Source of the DNA: Scyliorhinus canicula
Lineage: Eukaryota
DNA length: 64,000 nt
NCBI RefSeq assembly: GCF_902713615.1
Contig: NC_052161.1
Coordinates: forward strand, 52,332,528 to 52,396,527
Reading direction: 5' to 3'
Shown here: piece after piece, positions 35,515 through 49,556 of the stretch
How positions within the stretch are numbered: position 1 is the stretch's first letter
How the letters are laid out: the number at the start of each line of letters is the position of its first letter
Program-made: the position numbers and the translations under genes
The notes under the pieces: model-generated
What the model saw: only the letters and a program-made list of their open reading frames with translations
Database searches by the model: none
What the model was told of the DNA's origin: nothing

Positions 35515-37830
35515 TCAATTCTGGATTTGGTGATGTTTAATGAGGCAGACTTGATATGGGAACTTCAGGTGAAGGAACCTTTAGGGAGCAGTGACCACAA
35601 TATGATAGAATTTACCCTGCAGTTTGTGAGGGAGAAGCTGCAATCAGATGTAACGGTATTTCAATTAAATAAGGGTAACTACAAAGACATGAGGGACAAG
35701 CTGCCAGAGTTGATTGAAAAAGGAACCTAGCAGGGAAGACAGTGGAACAGCAAAGGCAGGAGTGTTTTGGGGCTATTCGGGAGGCACAACAGACATTCAT
35801 CCCAAAGAGGAGGAAACATGCTAAGGGGAGAACAAGGCATCCGTGGCTGATGAGGGAAGTCAAGGACAGCATAAAAGCTAAGGAAAAAGCATACAAAGTT
35901 GTGAGGATTAGTGGGAAACCAGAGGATTGGGAAGCCTTTTAAAACGAGAAGAGGACAACTAAAAAAGCAAAAAGGGGGGAGAAGATGAAGTATGAGTGCA
36001 AGCTAGTTAGTAATATAAAGGAAGATAGGAAGACTTTTTTTCAATATCATGGTAAGAGAGAGGCAAAAATAGACACTGGACCACTAGAAAATGTGGCTGA
36101 AGATGTCATAATAGGAAACAAAGAAATGGCAGATGAACTGAATAGTTACTTTGCATCAGTCTTCACGGTGGAAGACACCAGTTGGATGCCAGAGCTCCAG
36201 GAGAACCAGGGAGCAGAGGTGAGTGCAGTGACCATTACTAAGGAGAAGCTTCTGGGGAAACTGAAAGGTCTGCAGGTGGATGGATGACCTGGACCGTATG
36301 GACTACACCGCAGGGTTCTAAAAGAGATAGCTAAGGAGATTGTGGAGGCATTAGTGATGATCTTTCAGGAATCACTGGAGGCAGGAAAGGTTTCAGAGGA
36401 CTGGAAAGTGGCTAATGTAGCATCCCTGTTTAAGAAGGGAGTGAGGCAGAAGATGGGAAATTATAGGCCGGTTAGCCTGATTTCGGTCATTGGTAAGATT
36501 TTAGAGTCCATTATTGAAGATGAGCTCACGGAATACTTGGAAGTGCATGATAAAATAGGTGTGAGGCTATTCGTGGCTTCGTCAAGGGGAGGTCATGTCT
36601 GACAAATCTGTTAGAGTTCTTTGAAGAAGGAAGTTAGACAAAGGAGAACCAGTGGACGTGATTTATTTAGATTTCCAGAAGGCCTTTGAAAAGTGCTGCA
36701 TAGGAGACTGTTAAATAAGTTAAGAGCCCATGGTATTAAGGGTAAGATCCTGGCATGGATAGAGGATCTGGCAAAGAGTGAGGATAAAGGGGTATTTTTC
36801 ACAATGGCAGCCGATGACTAGTGGTGTACCTCAGGGGTCGGTGCTGGGACCACAAAATTTCACAATATACATTAATAAGCTGGGGGAAGGAACTGAAGGC
36901 ACTGTTGTTAAGTTTGCAGATGATACAAAAATCTGTAGAGGGGCAGGTAGTATTGATGAAGCCGACGGGCTGCAGAAGGACTTGGACAGGCTAGGGGAAT
37001 GGGCAAAGAAGTGGCAGATGGAATACAATGTGGAAAATTGTGAGGTTATGCACTTTGGAAGGAGAAATGGAGGCATAGGCTATTTTCTAAATGGGAAGAT
37101 GCTTAAAAAATCAGAAGCACAAAGGGACTTGGGAGTCCTTGTTCATGATTCTCTTAAGGTTAACGTGCAGGTTCAGTCGGCAGTTAGGAAGGCAAATGCA
37201 ATGTTAGCATTCATGTCAAGAGGGCTACAATACAAGACCAGGAATGTACTTTTGAGGCTATATAAGGCTCTGGTGAAACCCCATTTGGAGTATTGTGAGC
37301 AGTTTTGGGTCCCGTATCTAAGGAATGATGTGCTGGCCTTGGAAAGGGTCCAGAGGAGGTTCACAAGAATGATCCCTGGAATGAAGAGCTTGTCGTATGA
37401 GGAATGGTTGAGGACTCTGGGACTGTACTCTTTGGAGTTTAGGAGGATGAGGGGGGATCTTATTGAAACTTACAGGATACTGCGTGCCCTGGATAGAGTG
37501 GTCGTGGAGATGATGTTTCCACTTGTCGGAAAAACTAGAAGCAGAGGACACCATCTCAGACTAAAGGGACGATCGTTTAAAACAGAGATGAGGAGGAATT
37601 TCTTCAGCCAGAGGGTGGTGAATCTGTGGAACTCTTTGCCGCAGAAGGCTGTGGAGGCCAAGTCACCGAGTATCTTTAAGACAGAGATAGATAGGTTTTT
37701 GATCAATAAGGGGATCAGGGGTTATGGGGAAATGGCAGGAGAATGGGGATCAGAAAAATATCAGCCATGATTGAATGGCGGAGCAGACTCAATGGACCGA
37801 GTGCCCTAATTCTGCTCCGATGTCTTATGG
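35515..37830 (+). mobile_element. CR1 LINE, 5'-truncated ORF2 (end of APE plus RT) with frameshifts
   Basis: EPLGSSDHNMIEF; NYRPVSLIS; SGVPQGSVLGP; KFADDTK; 330-aa open 3' part (36778..37770); CR1 3' tail. Confidence 0.92.
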
Positions 37831-37990
37831 CCATCCCAGCCAAAATAATGGCACTGTTTGTGCTGCAGCGCATCCACACAGCTGATGAGTCAGGTGAGGC
37901 CAGAGGGCACCCATGGGGGTGGAATGGAGGGACACCTGTACGACCCGTGGCACTAGGTTTAAAGTGCGCTGTTAGTAGTGTGCGCAGCAA

Positions 37991-38236
37991 GGGCAGCACG
38001 GTGGTACAGTGGTTAGCATTGCTGCCTATGGCGCTGAGGACCCGGGTTCGAATCCCGGCCCTGGGTCACTGTCCGTGTGGAGTTTGCACGTTCTCCCTGT
38101 GTCTGCATGGGTTTCACTCCCTGTGTCTGCGTGGGTTTCACCCCCACAACCCAAAGATGTGCAGGGTAGGTGGATTGGCCATGCTAAATTGCCCCTTAAT
38201 TGGAAAAAATAATTGGCTACTCTAAATTTAAAAAAA
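37991..38236 (+). mobile_element. V-SINE short subfamily with an internal 24-bp tandem duplication
   Basis: tccctgtgtctgc(a/g)tgggtttcac occurs twice in tandem at about 38094-38141. Confidence 0.88.
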
Positions 38237-38794
38237 AAGTAGTATGCGCAGCTGCATGGCTGCTTTGCCAGCTGCGGCAATGTTGTTCCATGCCCGACCG
38301 TCCTGATCCCACAGCCCATCTCCTGGCCAGCCCTCACTACCCCCCCCCCCCCCCCCCCCCCCCCCCCGGCCCTGGCAGAAATCCCCTCCCTGGCAGCAGC
38401 ACAACTGTCAGCAACTATGGCGATGTTGGACACTTTCCATGCCCATCTCTCTTCCTCAACAGCCGCCATGCCAGTTTCATGATTTTTAAAAGCACAAGTG
38501 AACCATGCCATCAGAACTCGGAGGCAGAGAATTGCGCAGGCCGCGGAGAATACCGGGTCAGGCCCGCTAATGATATGCAAACCGTGACTACTGTACGTAC
38601 GTTCCGAAACGCAGTGACATTGCTGTTGAGGTGCTGGAACATTGCGATTTGGCTTCAAATCAGCATCAATTCTCCGCCCAATCGCCTTTTCCAATTTCGG
38701 CGTCATCTAACGGAGAGTCTTGTCCAATATATACAACAGATATTCTCAGAAATGCCTGTCATCACTTTGGAATATCTTTCTCATAGTCTTGTAC

Positions 38795-38965
38795 CTCAAT
38801 TATGGCTTTTGTCTGTTCTCCGAAACAGGGTAGTCCTTCCAGGTTTGCCATTCTACTTATTGTGTAAGGAAGGGATTTTAACAAGGATGTCGCTCTTGAA
38901 AATGCCACAAAGGCACCATCATTTTCATTGAACTCAAAGTTTTCCGCCAACATGTCCAAAGCATC
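38795..38965 (-). CDS. DNTT: TdT coding exon, equivalent to human DNTT exon 4
   Basis: Acceptor tgcag|GAT and donor GAG|gtac; 171 bp. Translates DALDMLAENFEFNENDGAFVAFSRATSLLKSLPYTISRMANLEGLPCFGEQTKAIIE, aligning by recall to TdT [36 protein letters not shown]...GIPCLGSKVKGIIE. Confidence 0.9.
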
Positions 38966-40149
38966 CTGCAAAGAAAATAACAAGTCTTAGAACATTAGCA
39001 ATGCTACTATGCAAAATATGAAATCACAGAGAGTGCATGCAGCGTACCATAACCAGTAATAGCTTTTTGGTGTGAGCTGACATTGATTTTTCTCAGGATC
39101 TATCATTTTCCTCAAAACAGCTGAGCTTTTGAGGTGAGGAATTGGTCACATTAGCACTCTATTTCTGGTGCTACAAACTTCCTTAGAGCTGCAAAATTGG
39201 TGTCTGTGGTGTGCATGCACACTTTTCAAGCACACTGTGCTGGATGCCATATTGGCGATGGTATTAGCCCTCACACTGTGAACACTCGTCGGAAACATAC
39301 AGAGTAAGCAGATCATGATGTTAAACAACACGCAATACTTATTTCTGATGGTCATTTTGGAGCTCAGTGCTCCAGTTAACACCTTCCCTTAACACCACAC
39401 AGTTGGACATGCATTCAACAGCATTACCCCCCCCCCCCCCCCCCCCCCCAACCCCCCCAACCACCACCACCACCCACTCATATCATTCTTTAAAGGCCGC
39501 CTCCTGCACTGTAAATTCTTGATTCTGTGGTGAATTACTTACAGGTCTCTTGCTGGTTGATATTTCATGGTTGTTGCTTTGATTCTACAAGTGTTTGGTG
39601 CTTTGTCTAGTTAAAGTGAAAGATCCTCCAGGAAATGGTGTGGCAGGTATTGAAGGAGTTTTAGCTGCCTGCAAGGCATCTGCTCAAATCGGTTGTCGCC
39701 AGTCGTGGGTGCACCAGTAGGATTTCCCTCAGAACACATCATGACATGGAGAACAAAGAGAGCATAAACAAGGCAGGAAATTATGCTGGAAGAGGAGTGA
39801 GAAAGAAAGGGAAGAGACACTCTCCGCGAGAAACCATATCCATCCCGGATGTTTAGAGCGCCGTTTTCCTGTCTCAATCTCAGTAAGGAACAATGATTGA
39901 TAGAGATGATGGGTATGTGGTAAGGGAGTGTGGTCATATGACCAGCATCGGAGACTAGTGGTGTAGTTGGTAGGATATGGCAAAAATATTCTAAGCTATA
40001 CGATCCTTAGTAATGATTTCTGTAAAACTATCATGTGCATTAGAAGTTGTAAATGTTTAATTTATGTAATAGGAGTAACCGTCAAAAGAAAAGGACTTAA
40101 TAGATGTCATTCTCCAACTCCGCACTTGTCAAAAGTCAATCCTGTTCAC

Positions 40150-40560
40150 TGGCAGGACACAGCAAGCTGCATTTACATAGCATCTTCTAATGTTGCAAAA
40201 CCTCCCCAGGCTCATCGCAGAAGCATTCTCAAACACAATTTGCCGACAAGCCATATCAGACAATATTAGGGCAGGTGACCAAAGGTTTCATCAAAGATGC
40301 AGGTTTTAAGGAGGACAGAGAGGTGGAGAGAATGAGGGAAGTCATTCCAGAGCCTAGTGCATCGGCAGCTGAAGGAACATCTGTCACTGGTGCAACAATT
40401 AAAATCAGGGATGCACAAGAGGCCAGAGTTGGAGAAGCTCAAAGATCTCAAAGAATTGTACAGGAGCAGGAGTTTTTAAAGAGAAGATATTGTGAGGACC
40501 TGGAGAGACTTGAAAACGAGGATGAGAAATTTAAATTTGAGGTATTGCTATTTTGGGCAG
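40150..40560 (-). mobile_element. L2-type LINE 3' fragment (approximate)
   Basis: gcatttacatagcatct...ggtgaccaaagg...ggttttaaggagg...ttccagagcctag resembles the reverse complement of an L2 3' end. Confidence 0.55.
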
Positions 40561-40989
40561 CACTAAGTGTCAGGAAACATAGTGGTAATCGGTGAACAGA
40601 ACCTGATATGGATATGGATTAGGATATGTAGAGCAGAGATTGGGATGAGTTTCAATCAGTAAAGTTTTATCTCTTCAAATTATCTATTCCATGACTGTGT
40701 TAAACAACACTAAAGCAGCCTTCTTTAAATTTGAAATGCGAAGCAATTTACAATATGAATCTGACCTTTTGAAATATTGATTTTTAGACTTGGATTTCAA
40801 CCATTCATGTGAAGCTAAATATAATGTTCCTGGATCAAACACCAATTTGTTCCTAATTCAGTCAGTATCACTGTGTCTTGGGCAATATGTGCACGCCTCA
40901 TTTATATGCACTGATTTCTTCATCTTAATCTGTTCAGGCAATGTATGTTTAAATGACAGTGTTTTTTAAAATACTCTTTCACAGACTGC

Positions 40990-41350
40990 GGGGACCATTC
41001 ACAAGGCCAGTATTTATCTCTGTTCTTAATTGCCCTTGAGAAGGTGGTGGTGACCCACTTTCTTGAACTGCTGCAGTCCCTGTGGCGTAGGAACACCCAC
41101 TGTGCTGTTAGGGAGGCAGTTCCATGACTTTGACTCAGGGACAGTGAAGGAACGGTGAAATAGTTTCAAGTCAGGGCAAGTGTGACTTGGAGGGGAACTT
41201 GAAAGTGGCATTGTTCCCTTATTACTGCCCCTGTTCTTCTGGGTGGTAATGCTCGTGGGTTTTGAAGGTGCCGTCGAAGGAGCCTTGATCAATTACTGCA
41301 GTGCATGTTGCGGATTATACACACTGCTGCCACTGTGCGTTGGTGGTGGA
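40990..41350 (-). mobile_element. LINE 3' fragment; related pieces at about 14200-14310, 27590-27850, 45730-46850 and 47510-47790
   Basis: Recurrent taattgcccttgagaaggtggtgg...ctgcagtcc...gtgctgttagggagg...gacagtgaaggaacgg, in either orientation. Confidence 0.6.
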
Positions 41351-42080
41351 GGGAGTGATTATTTAAGGCAGAGGACAGAGCCCAGGAGTCCACATGGTGC
41401 CAGGTCCTGAGGGCTAGGGGAAGCATGGGCTCAGTACCATAAATAGAGTTTCTTGTCATCCAGACTGAGGAGCCAGCGCCGCAAAGAATTCAGAACTGTC
41501 AGCCTATCAATTGCAATATTTTTTAATGACCTGTCTTTCAGGCCAGTTTCATTGACAGTTGCTGAGTTGCTGCTTCTGATCTTCGGGCAGCTTCATGGTT
41601 CCAATTTTTTTTTGTAAAGCCTACCAGAAAACCACAACGTTTTCCAAAGGTCAGCAGCAGTTCCTAATTGCAGCAACAGTCACAAGAGTGCTATTGGTTA
41701 AAAATACGGTCAAAACATAAGTGAAATTCCCCAAATCATTTTTAAACAATTAGGTTCTGTGGAGGTGGGAGGTTGGGGGTGTGGGGGAGAGTCACTCTTC
41801 AGGTTTATTACCACAAAATTAAATACTGTTACACGTCTCACAGTTTCTTTTTGAATTTAAACCAGAATATAAATATCATTCTCAATTTTCATTGTCATTC
41901 CCCTTCCCTCCGAAGCTGTTACACAAGTGATGTTGCACACTGCGGATTTACAGCCTATCCCCACAAGTTTCATAAGACGTTGAATTGTATTTGTACTAAA
42001 TAAACGTGGAAATGTTATTTAAAATGGACAAGATTAAAGTCAATGAAAGGACTCTTGAGAATCAAGCACCATGTAAAACA

Positions 42081-42756
42081 GGAGCGGGATTCTCCGACCC
42101 TCCGCGCTGAAATCTCGTTTGGCGCAAGCCCGGAGGATTACCCAAAATAGGCTCCCACGTCAGCACGCGATTCTCCGGCAACCGGAGAATCGGCGCCATT
42201 CGCACGCAATCGACACTGCACCAGTCGGGGGCTTGTGGAAAAGGCCCCCCCCGGCGAATCTCCGCGTTCGACAGGCCGAGTGCCCGCCGAGTCCTGGCAG
42301 CGTGGTACGTGGTTCCACCTGGTGGAAACTTGGAGTCGCGGCTGATGTGGGCGTTATGGTGGGGAGGGGCATGGGAATCGGACACCAGGGGGGAGAGGGT
42401 CTTGAGGACGGGCACGCCCGCCAACGGGGGATACTGATTGGCGGGCCACCGCGATCCGGGAGCGACCTATCTTCCTCCGCACGGGCACGCTGTGTGGCTT
42501 TGCCATGTCGGCTACACCCGCGCCGAGGTGGGCTGCCGCGCGGACCCACTTGCAGTCACCGTGCGCCTGCGCGATTGCGCAGTCTGTCCAGCAGGGCCCC
42601 GACGGTAGCCAGAGCTGTAGGACGCACGCCGGGGGCCTGCTAGCCCCCTGGAGAACGGGGAATCACCCCGGACTTTCGAGGAAAAAGTCCGGAATGATTC
42701 TTGCCCTTTTCCGGCGGGTGTGGGGACTGAATCCTCCAAAGGGAGAATCCCACTCC
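42081..42756. mobile_element. GC-rich Harbinger-type MITE
   Basis: TIRs GGAGCGGGATTCTCC / GGAGAATCCCACTCC (1 mismatch in 15). Confidence 0.78.
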
Positions 42757-43636
42757 AGGTTACAGATTCACCACAAGCTCCTTATGCACTGACAATTTCA
42801 GTTGCCCCCAGACATGCGTGCACCAGCAGAGGTTCCCTTGGAATACACTGTGACATGGAGAACATAGAGAGGATAAACAAGGAAGGAAATTCTGCTCTCA
42901 GCCTGCTCTCAGTAAACTTCCATTAGCAACAAAATAAACAGAATACCAGCCATGACTTATTGTGTTTGTACAATAATTATAGATGACAAAGGCCATCTAG
43001 CCCAGCCTATCTCATCCATCCAGTATTTGATGTGAATATTAATGTTAGGAGCAGGGCTTACGGCCTTTCGAGCCTGCTGCACCATTTGGTAACATTGACA
43101 GCATTATAACAGAGACTGCAACTCAAAAGTATTTAATTGGCTGTGAAACAATTTGGGACAACATGAAAGGTGGTCTATAAATGTAGGTTTTGTGTTTCTT
43201 TTGTGGAATCTGTATGGAGTCGGGGAGTTATTGTTGCAATGATAAACTTGGAGGCTGATTCTCTGAGGATGATTAATCACAGACGTTAGGAAAGTGATTC
43301 CAAAGGAATCACTATATTTACAAAACAATTCAACTCTGGAGCTAATACAACCTTACCATTCTGACTTCTCTGGTGCCAATCCACAATATCCCATAAATAG
43401 CATTTGCTGCTTTTAAGCTACATACATTCTACCCAGGATTTACCAATCAGAAATGTACCAGCAGCTCAGGAAAAAATGTAAATTGAATTGTTGCTCTAAG
43501 TCTTACAGAGTAGAAAGGTGCATGGTACAAAATTCATTATGGTCTTAACACAAGAATTAGATTGTTTCCCTTCAGCCCAGAAACTGTCTTACAAATTGTG
43601 TTGTACACTGTGAATTTACAGCCTATCCTCACACAT

Positions 43637-44468
43637 GGGACGTGATTTAACTAAATGGGAAACAAAGTCCCATAGCGAGCGCACTTAGCCGCAGGTTTCC
43701 TGGTGCTCACATTGCCAAGAAACACAATACTTTCAAACGGCACTCCAGTGAGGTAGGGATCCTCAGCAGGGACCACGTGGCCGAGGCCGCACATAGCCCC
43801 CTTATTTTCAGTGAGGAACTCCGCTTGCCACTTCTAAATGGCATCCCGATCTCTGGAGCCCCCGGCATGACCCCAAGCCTGAACTCACTATGAGGGGGAC
43901 CCTGGGCCCCCCAACATCCGTGCAGGGCATCCTCGGCCTGATTACTGCCGTGTAAAAAATGGCAGCATGGCAGTACCAACCTGGTACCTTGGCAGTGCCA
44001 CCTGGGCAAATTGGTAATGCCAGGCTGACACCCAGGTAGCACTGCCAGGATGCCAGGCTGGCAGTTCCTGGGTGTCCAGATGATACCAGCTGTTCCAGGC
44101 TACCACCCTGCCCAAAGGGCATGCAGCTGGGGGCTTCCAATCCCCGAGGAGGCTGCCACGAGTACCGTTCCATCTGGTCCCCATTTGTGGAGACGCATAC
44201 TGAATGGTCCTCAATAATGGTCTCCAAGGCGATGGAGATGAATCCCAAAGCCTTGGGTGCCTTGAGAAACTGCAAATTAGAGTGAGGTTCCCTGTCGCAT
44301 AATTGCTAAAAGGTGATCCCGCCCACAATGAGTGGGTTTTACATCGCAACGTCTCACGTGAGTACTCATGAGGACTTGCGAGCAGGTGGATCTCGAGCGG
44401 GGTCTCCCAGCTTCTATCAGCCATATTACCCCATATTCTGGGCACATCATGGCCGGTCAATCACACCC
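43637..44468. mobile_element. MITE-like element with GGG..GTGATT imperfect TIRs
   Basis: Left gggacgtgatttaac, right ggtcaatcacaccc; non-coding GC-richer interior. Confidence 0.5.
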
Positions 44469-45957
44469 ATGATGCTGCACATTTATATGAAATAATTGTG
44501 CAAATAGAATTTTTTTAAATCTAAGAAACAGGCAAATTAAGTGGAAAATTGCAATTATTGAATAAGAACCACCAGAAGCAGCGAAGAAGTATGAAAGCAA
44601 AATTCTGAGAGGAATCATTTCTAGAAACACTTACGTCAGAGGATTGGGTTTCTATAAAGGCCCTTTGTGGCAAAAGCCTTTCTGCTGATTCTCTGAGATT
44701 TGAATAGGTTGTTTTTGTGAAAGTTACTTTAGTAAGGCACGGGGAGTCAACAGCGAGTTGAAGTAAAAACATTTATTTCACAACAATATTATCTACATGA
44801 GACCTGGTTACACTTCACCGGGTCAGCTCTACACTGGCTGACCTTTGACACCTGTTCTGGTAAACTATCACGCCCATAGCGGAGGAGCTCGCAATCCCAA
44901 TGGGCACGAGGAATTAATCATCCCCAGCTGGATGTGTCCCGTTCCGCTTGTTAGTTATGGGAGAGTCCTCACCAACCCCCGCCCCAGGACATTTTAGCCC
45001 CACAGTGTGAGACCATCTTCTGCTCAATGTTAAATAGACTGGTGCAATGTTGAATGAACCTTTTCGTTCTGTAAACAATCTCCCAAAGGCAAATGTGGAT
45101 GCAGTTCCCAGACTTTGCAAAGGTAATAAAACAGCCAATTTCCCTTGTATGAAATAATTATATTGAATGATATCATACACCAAGGCAGGGGAAGTTTTCC
45201 ACCTCTCCTACAGATTGGAAAAGATCTTGCACAGTTTATCTGGGTGACAAGTGTTGGATTATTCCCACAAATATTTATTTACTGTCACCATGTCTGTATG
45301 GTGCAATGTAAAGAACATGTTAATGAGGGCTGAGGCAGTTACCAAAGTCAATGTTATCGTCTGGACTGTGTTACAAAAAGATTAATGGGATATTTTCAAC
45401 TTATCAATCTTGCATGATGCTGTTAAAATAAAATTAGTACGCCTGTCTTGTTACTATAGGGCGCACACAAACTAACACTATTATATAACTGTTGCTCTTA
45501 ATATTAATGACCATTGCTGCATATATGTTGGAAGAATTTGTAACTAGATGTTCACAATGTGTGTCATAATTTTACTCGGACCTATCTGCTGGTAGATGGT
45601 GAATTGATTGGTGAATCTTTAAAGGGGAAAAATATCATGCATGAGTGAGTGGGAGGGAGAGAGTGGGTTGGGGAGGGGGGTGCATAGCCATGGGGTGGGT
45701 GGTTGATAAGGGGCCCTGAAACAGGAGAATTATCAGGGCCCATCTACAATCTAGTTGTAGATGGGGTGCCAATCAATGGACTGCTTTGATCTGGATGGTG
45801 CTGAGTTTCTTGGGTGTTGTCGGAGATGCACTCACCCAGGCAAGTGGAGATTATTTCATTACACTCCTGCCCTGTGTCTTGTAAATGGTGGTCATGCTTT
45901 GGGGAGTCAGGAGGTGACTTACTCACCACAGGATTTACAGCTTCTGACCTGCTCTTT

Positions 45958-46282
45958 GAACATAGAACATACAGTGCAGAAGGAGGTCATTCGGCCCATT
46001 GAGTCTGCACCGACCCACTTAAGCCCTCACTTCCATCCTATCCCCGTAACCCAATAACCCCATCTAACCTTTTTTGGTCACTAAGGGCAATTTATCGTGG
46101 CCAATCCACCTAACCTGCATGTCTTTGGACTGTGGGAGGAAACCGGAGCACCCGGAGGAAGCCCACGCAGACACGGGGAGAACGTGCAGACTCCGCTCAG
46201 AGAGTGTCCCAGCGGGGAATCGAACCTGGGACCCTGGTGCTGTGAAGCCACAGTGCCAACCACGTCTGCTAGCGTGCTGCCC
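45958..46282 (-). mobile_element. V-SINE long subfamily inserted in a LINE fragment
   Basis: Tail gaacatagaacatacagtgcagaaggagg; V-domain; same subfamily as 55790-56118. Confidence 0.88.
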
Positions 46283-49024
46283 ACTTGTAGCCACAGTATT
46301 TATATGGCTGGTCCAATTCAGTTTGTAGTCAATGGAAGAGTCCAGGATATTGATAGTAGGGATTCAGTGATGGTAATGTCAGTGAATGTCAAGGGTGATA
46401 GCTAGATTCTCTCCTGTTGGAGATGGTCATTACCTGTCACCTGTGTGGCATAAATGTTACTTGTGACTTGTCAGCCTAAACTTGGATAGTGTCCAGGTCT
46501 TGCTTCAGTATCTGACGAGTCATGAATGGGTCTAAACATTGTGCAATCATCAACGACCATCCCACTTTTGACAATATTATGGAAGGAAAGTCATTGACGG
46601 AGCAGCTGAAGTTGGTTGGGCCGAGGACACTATCTTGAGGAACTCTTGCAGTGATGGCTCAGGGCTCAGGTGATTGGTCTCCACCAACTCCAAACATCTT
46701 CTTTAGCCCAGGTATGACTCCAACCAGTGGCTTGTTTTCACCCTGATTTCCATTGATTCCACTTTTGTTAGTGCTCCTTGATGCCACACTCAGTCAAATG
46801 AGGCCTTGTCGTCAAAGGCACTCTCTCATCTCACCCCTCGAGTTCAGCTCTTTTATTTGTTACATAATTTATATTTAATAAAAACAAAAATTCATGCCCG
46901 GGATAGCTTTTTAAAGCTGCAAAAATAAACAAAATTATAATTAAGTATGTTGTTGTTCCAAATGGTCTAATTAGCCTTCCTACTTTCCTCAGGTTAGGTG
47001 CCGAGACAGGTTTTTCAGTGATGTTCCCATGACTATATGATACTCAGGGTGGAATGAAACTTGCGAAGGCAAGACCGGGATTGAAATCCGGAAGGTTTTC
47101 GTCAGGTCGACAGGCTAACGTATTCTCACCTCTGGCTTATCTTACTGGCAGCAGTGGGTTGCTAATTAAGTGGTCAGATTGAGGGTATTGCCAGGATCCT
47201 GGTGGATGCAACACAGCAGACAAAACCTGGCAGGTCACTGGAGGCTGCCTCCCCAGATCCCAGCTGAAGAGCAGAGGGCCAGTGAGGCCTCATCTATTCA
47301 TCACAACCCTCTTCGCACCCCCATCCCTCCACCACAGGTCCTTCCTGCAACTGCAGGGCCAACCTTTGGAGGGTGTCTCCCCTTTCCCAGTGGGGTTTCC
47401 AACATGGCATCTCTTCAGGCCCCCCCCAATAGCCCAGCAGGGTGCCTGTTCTGCCTGCTTTTATTAAGTGGACAATGCTCCCTGAGATGGCCTGTCATTT
47501 ATATTTCCAGGGGACATGGCTATTGCTGGCAAGGCCTGCATTCTTCGCCCAATCCTAATTGCCCTTGAACTGAGGCCCACTTGCTAGATCATTTCAGAGG
47601 GCAGTTAAGAGTCAACATTTACTGTTGAGCTGGATTTACATGTAGGCCAGAGCAGGTAATGATGGCAGATTTCCTTCCTTAAGTGGAGAAGATGGATTTA
47701 TACAACAATCGATAATTACTGATTGTAGCTTTTAATTCCAGATATTTTTTTAATGCCTGAATTTAAAATTCACCGACTGCTGCGTTGGAATTATAACCAC
47801 ATCACCAAAGCATTAGCCTGGATCTGTGCATTACTAGGCCAGTGGCATTACCACATCTCTGACTAATTAACCTGTTAATTATCTGCCTCCGGTAAGGTTG
47901 CGTAGGGGGTAGGTATTACCAGCAGGATCAGGGCGAACATATGATCCCAATCTCAGAAAACCTCCAATGGTGATATTATTCCTCTCACTGGGCAGAATCA
48001 TCTCTTTTGTAGGATGAGCTGAAAGAAGGGTAATTTCCGCTCGGAGGTGAGATATCAGTAAATATGCATCTATGAGGAGCCGAATCTTGCAGCAGGGGCC
48101 GACAGGGCATCATGTCCCAAATCTAACCCGGGGATTGGAGGGGGGGAATCAATGTCATAGCGCCATATTCAAAGGGCAACAGTAATGTCACAGAGGGTCC
48201 AACGTGTGGCCTCACGATTCAGCCATGCCTCCCTGCAGGTTCTCCTCCAGGCCATCTAGGGAAGGAAGGATGTCCTGTTTCCCAGGGATGATAGCAGGAG
48301 ACCCTCCAGTCTGTTGGCCTGGTGGATGTCACAGCGGAGGATAGCACCTGAGGGACCCAGAAAAGAACCTTGTCCCAGTACCATTAAAGGATCAACAGGG
48401 TAAGTGGCACCATCTACTCACTGCAAGGTGACATTCATAAGGACATCAGGGTAGCGTAACTGTATGAATTTGGGCGGATGTCACACAGGAGTTTGGGTTG
48501 CAGATGGGACATGTGCACTGAATGTGTGACAGCCACGTCATGCTGCCAATGTTCTATCCATTGCAGAACATCCTGCTTGTTAATTAGTTACTGGGAAGTG
48601 TTCAGGAGTTGCCATTGGCATGCACAGATGTTGAACAATGCAGGTCAACTTCTATCTACTGTGGGGTTCTGGCAGATGAGCACCTGATTGCCTCCATGAA
48701 ATGGTGGCAGTCACCTTGGAGGTGCAGATACAACAAACTGCACAGTGGCATATGCACTGGAAATGCACTGGGACCTCCCTACATCACTCAAGCCGTGAGT
48801 GGAGTGCAGCAGTGGTGGAGAGAGAGGGAGATGAGCTAAACCCAACCTCTCTGCCGATGTCCTTCCTCCTTAAGGAGTCAGAGAGGTATCATTGCATAAC
48901 GATAGGGACGAGGGGCACCAGCCATGCACCCCAGGGACTCCATCCTGCTTATCTTCTTGTTCATCCTGCCAAAATGAACAATTTCACATTTTCCAACATT
49001 ATACTCCATTTTCTCCCTCACTTA

Positions 49025-49553
49025 GGGCGCGATTCTCCGCTGCCCACGACGGGTCGGAGAATAGCGGGAGGGCGTCCCCGACATTTTTCACGCTCTCCTG
49101 CTATTCTCCCCCCCCCCCCGTACGGCCGCCTTTACGGCAGCAAACACACCTGCTTGCTGCCGTCGTAAAAACAGCCGCAACATGCCCGTTTTGGGCATCC
49201 AGGGCCCCGATTGGCACGGCATACCGTAACGGACGCACTCTTTCTCCCTCCGCCGCCCCGCAGGATCAGTCCGTAGGGCGGCCAAGGGAGATGATTGCCC
49301 CGCGCATGCGCGGGTTGGAGCCGTCCAATCCATGCATGCGCGGCTGACGTCATCGTGCGCGTCAGCCGGCGTGACGCTTGGCGCGTGGACCTAGTGACGG
49401 TCGCTAAGCCCGCGATGCCATGCTTCACGGGGCCCCGCTGCTAGCCCCGCCCGGGGGGATCGGGTCCCGGGAGGGGGCGCGGAGGCTACAGTGAAACATG
49501 GCCAGTTTCACTGCAGCCTTTACGACTCGCCGCATTTGCGGAGAATCGCGCCC
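49025..49553. mobile_element. PIF/Harbinger MITE with perfect 16-bp TIRs and TTA TSD
   Basis: GGGCGCGATTCTCCGC ... GCGGAGAATCGCGCCC, flanked by TTA at 49022-49024 and 49554-49556. A 3-bp TWA-type TSD is the Harbinger signature. Confidence 0.93.
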
Positions 49554-49556
49554 TTA

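Noticed and set aside
38026-38706. 226-aa and 243-aa overlapping ORFs
   Set aside because: They run through a SINE, a poly-C tract and GC-rich MITE-like sequence; open by chance.
42062-42792. Multiple GC-rich ORFs, also at 1-616, 34539-35231, 48892-49428 and 61834-62476
   Set aside because: All fall within MITEs, where stop codons are rare in every frame. No recognisable domains.
44575-44720. Possible extra minus-strand exon ending at a gtaagt donor near 44630
   Set aside because: The translation shows no similarity to TdT and no matching acceptor context was established.
45001-45040. RAG recombination signal (CACAGTG heptamer)
   Set aside because: No ACAAAAACC-like nonamer at 12- or 23-bp spacing.
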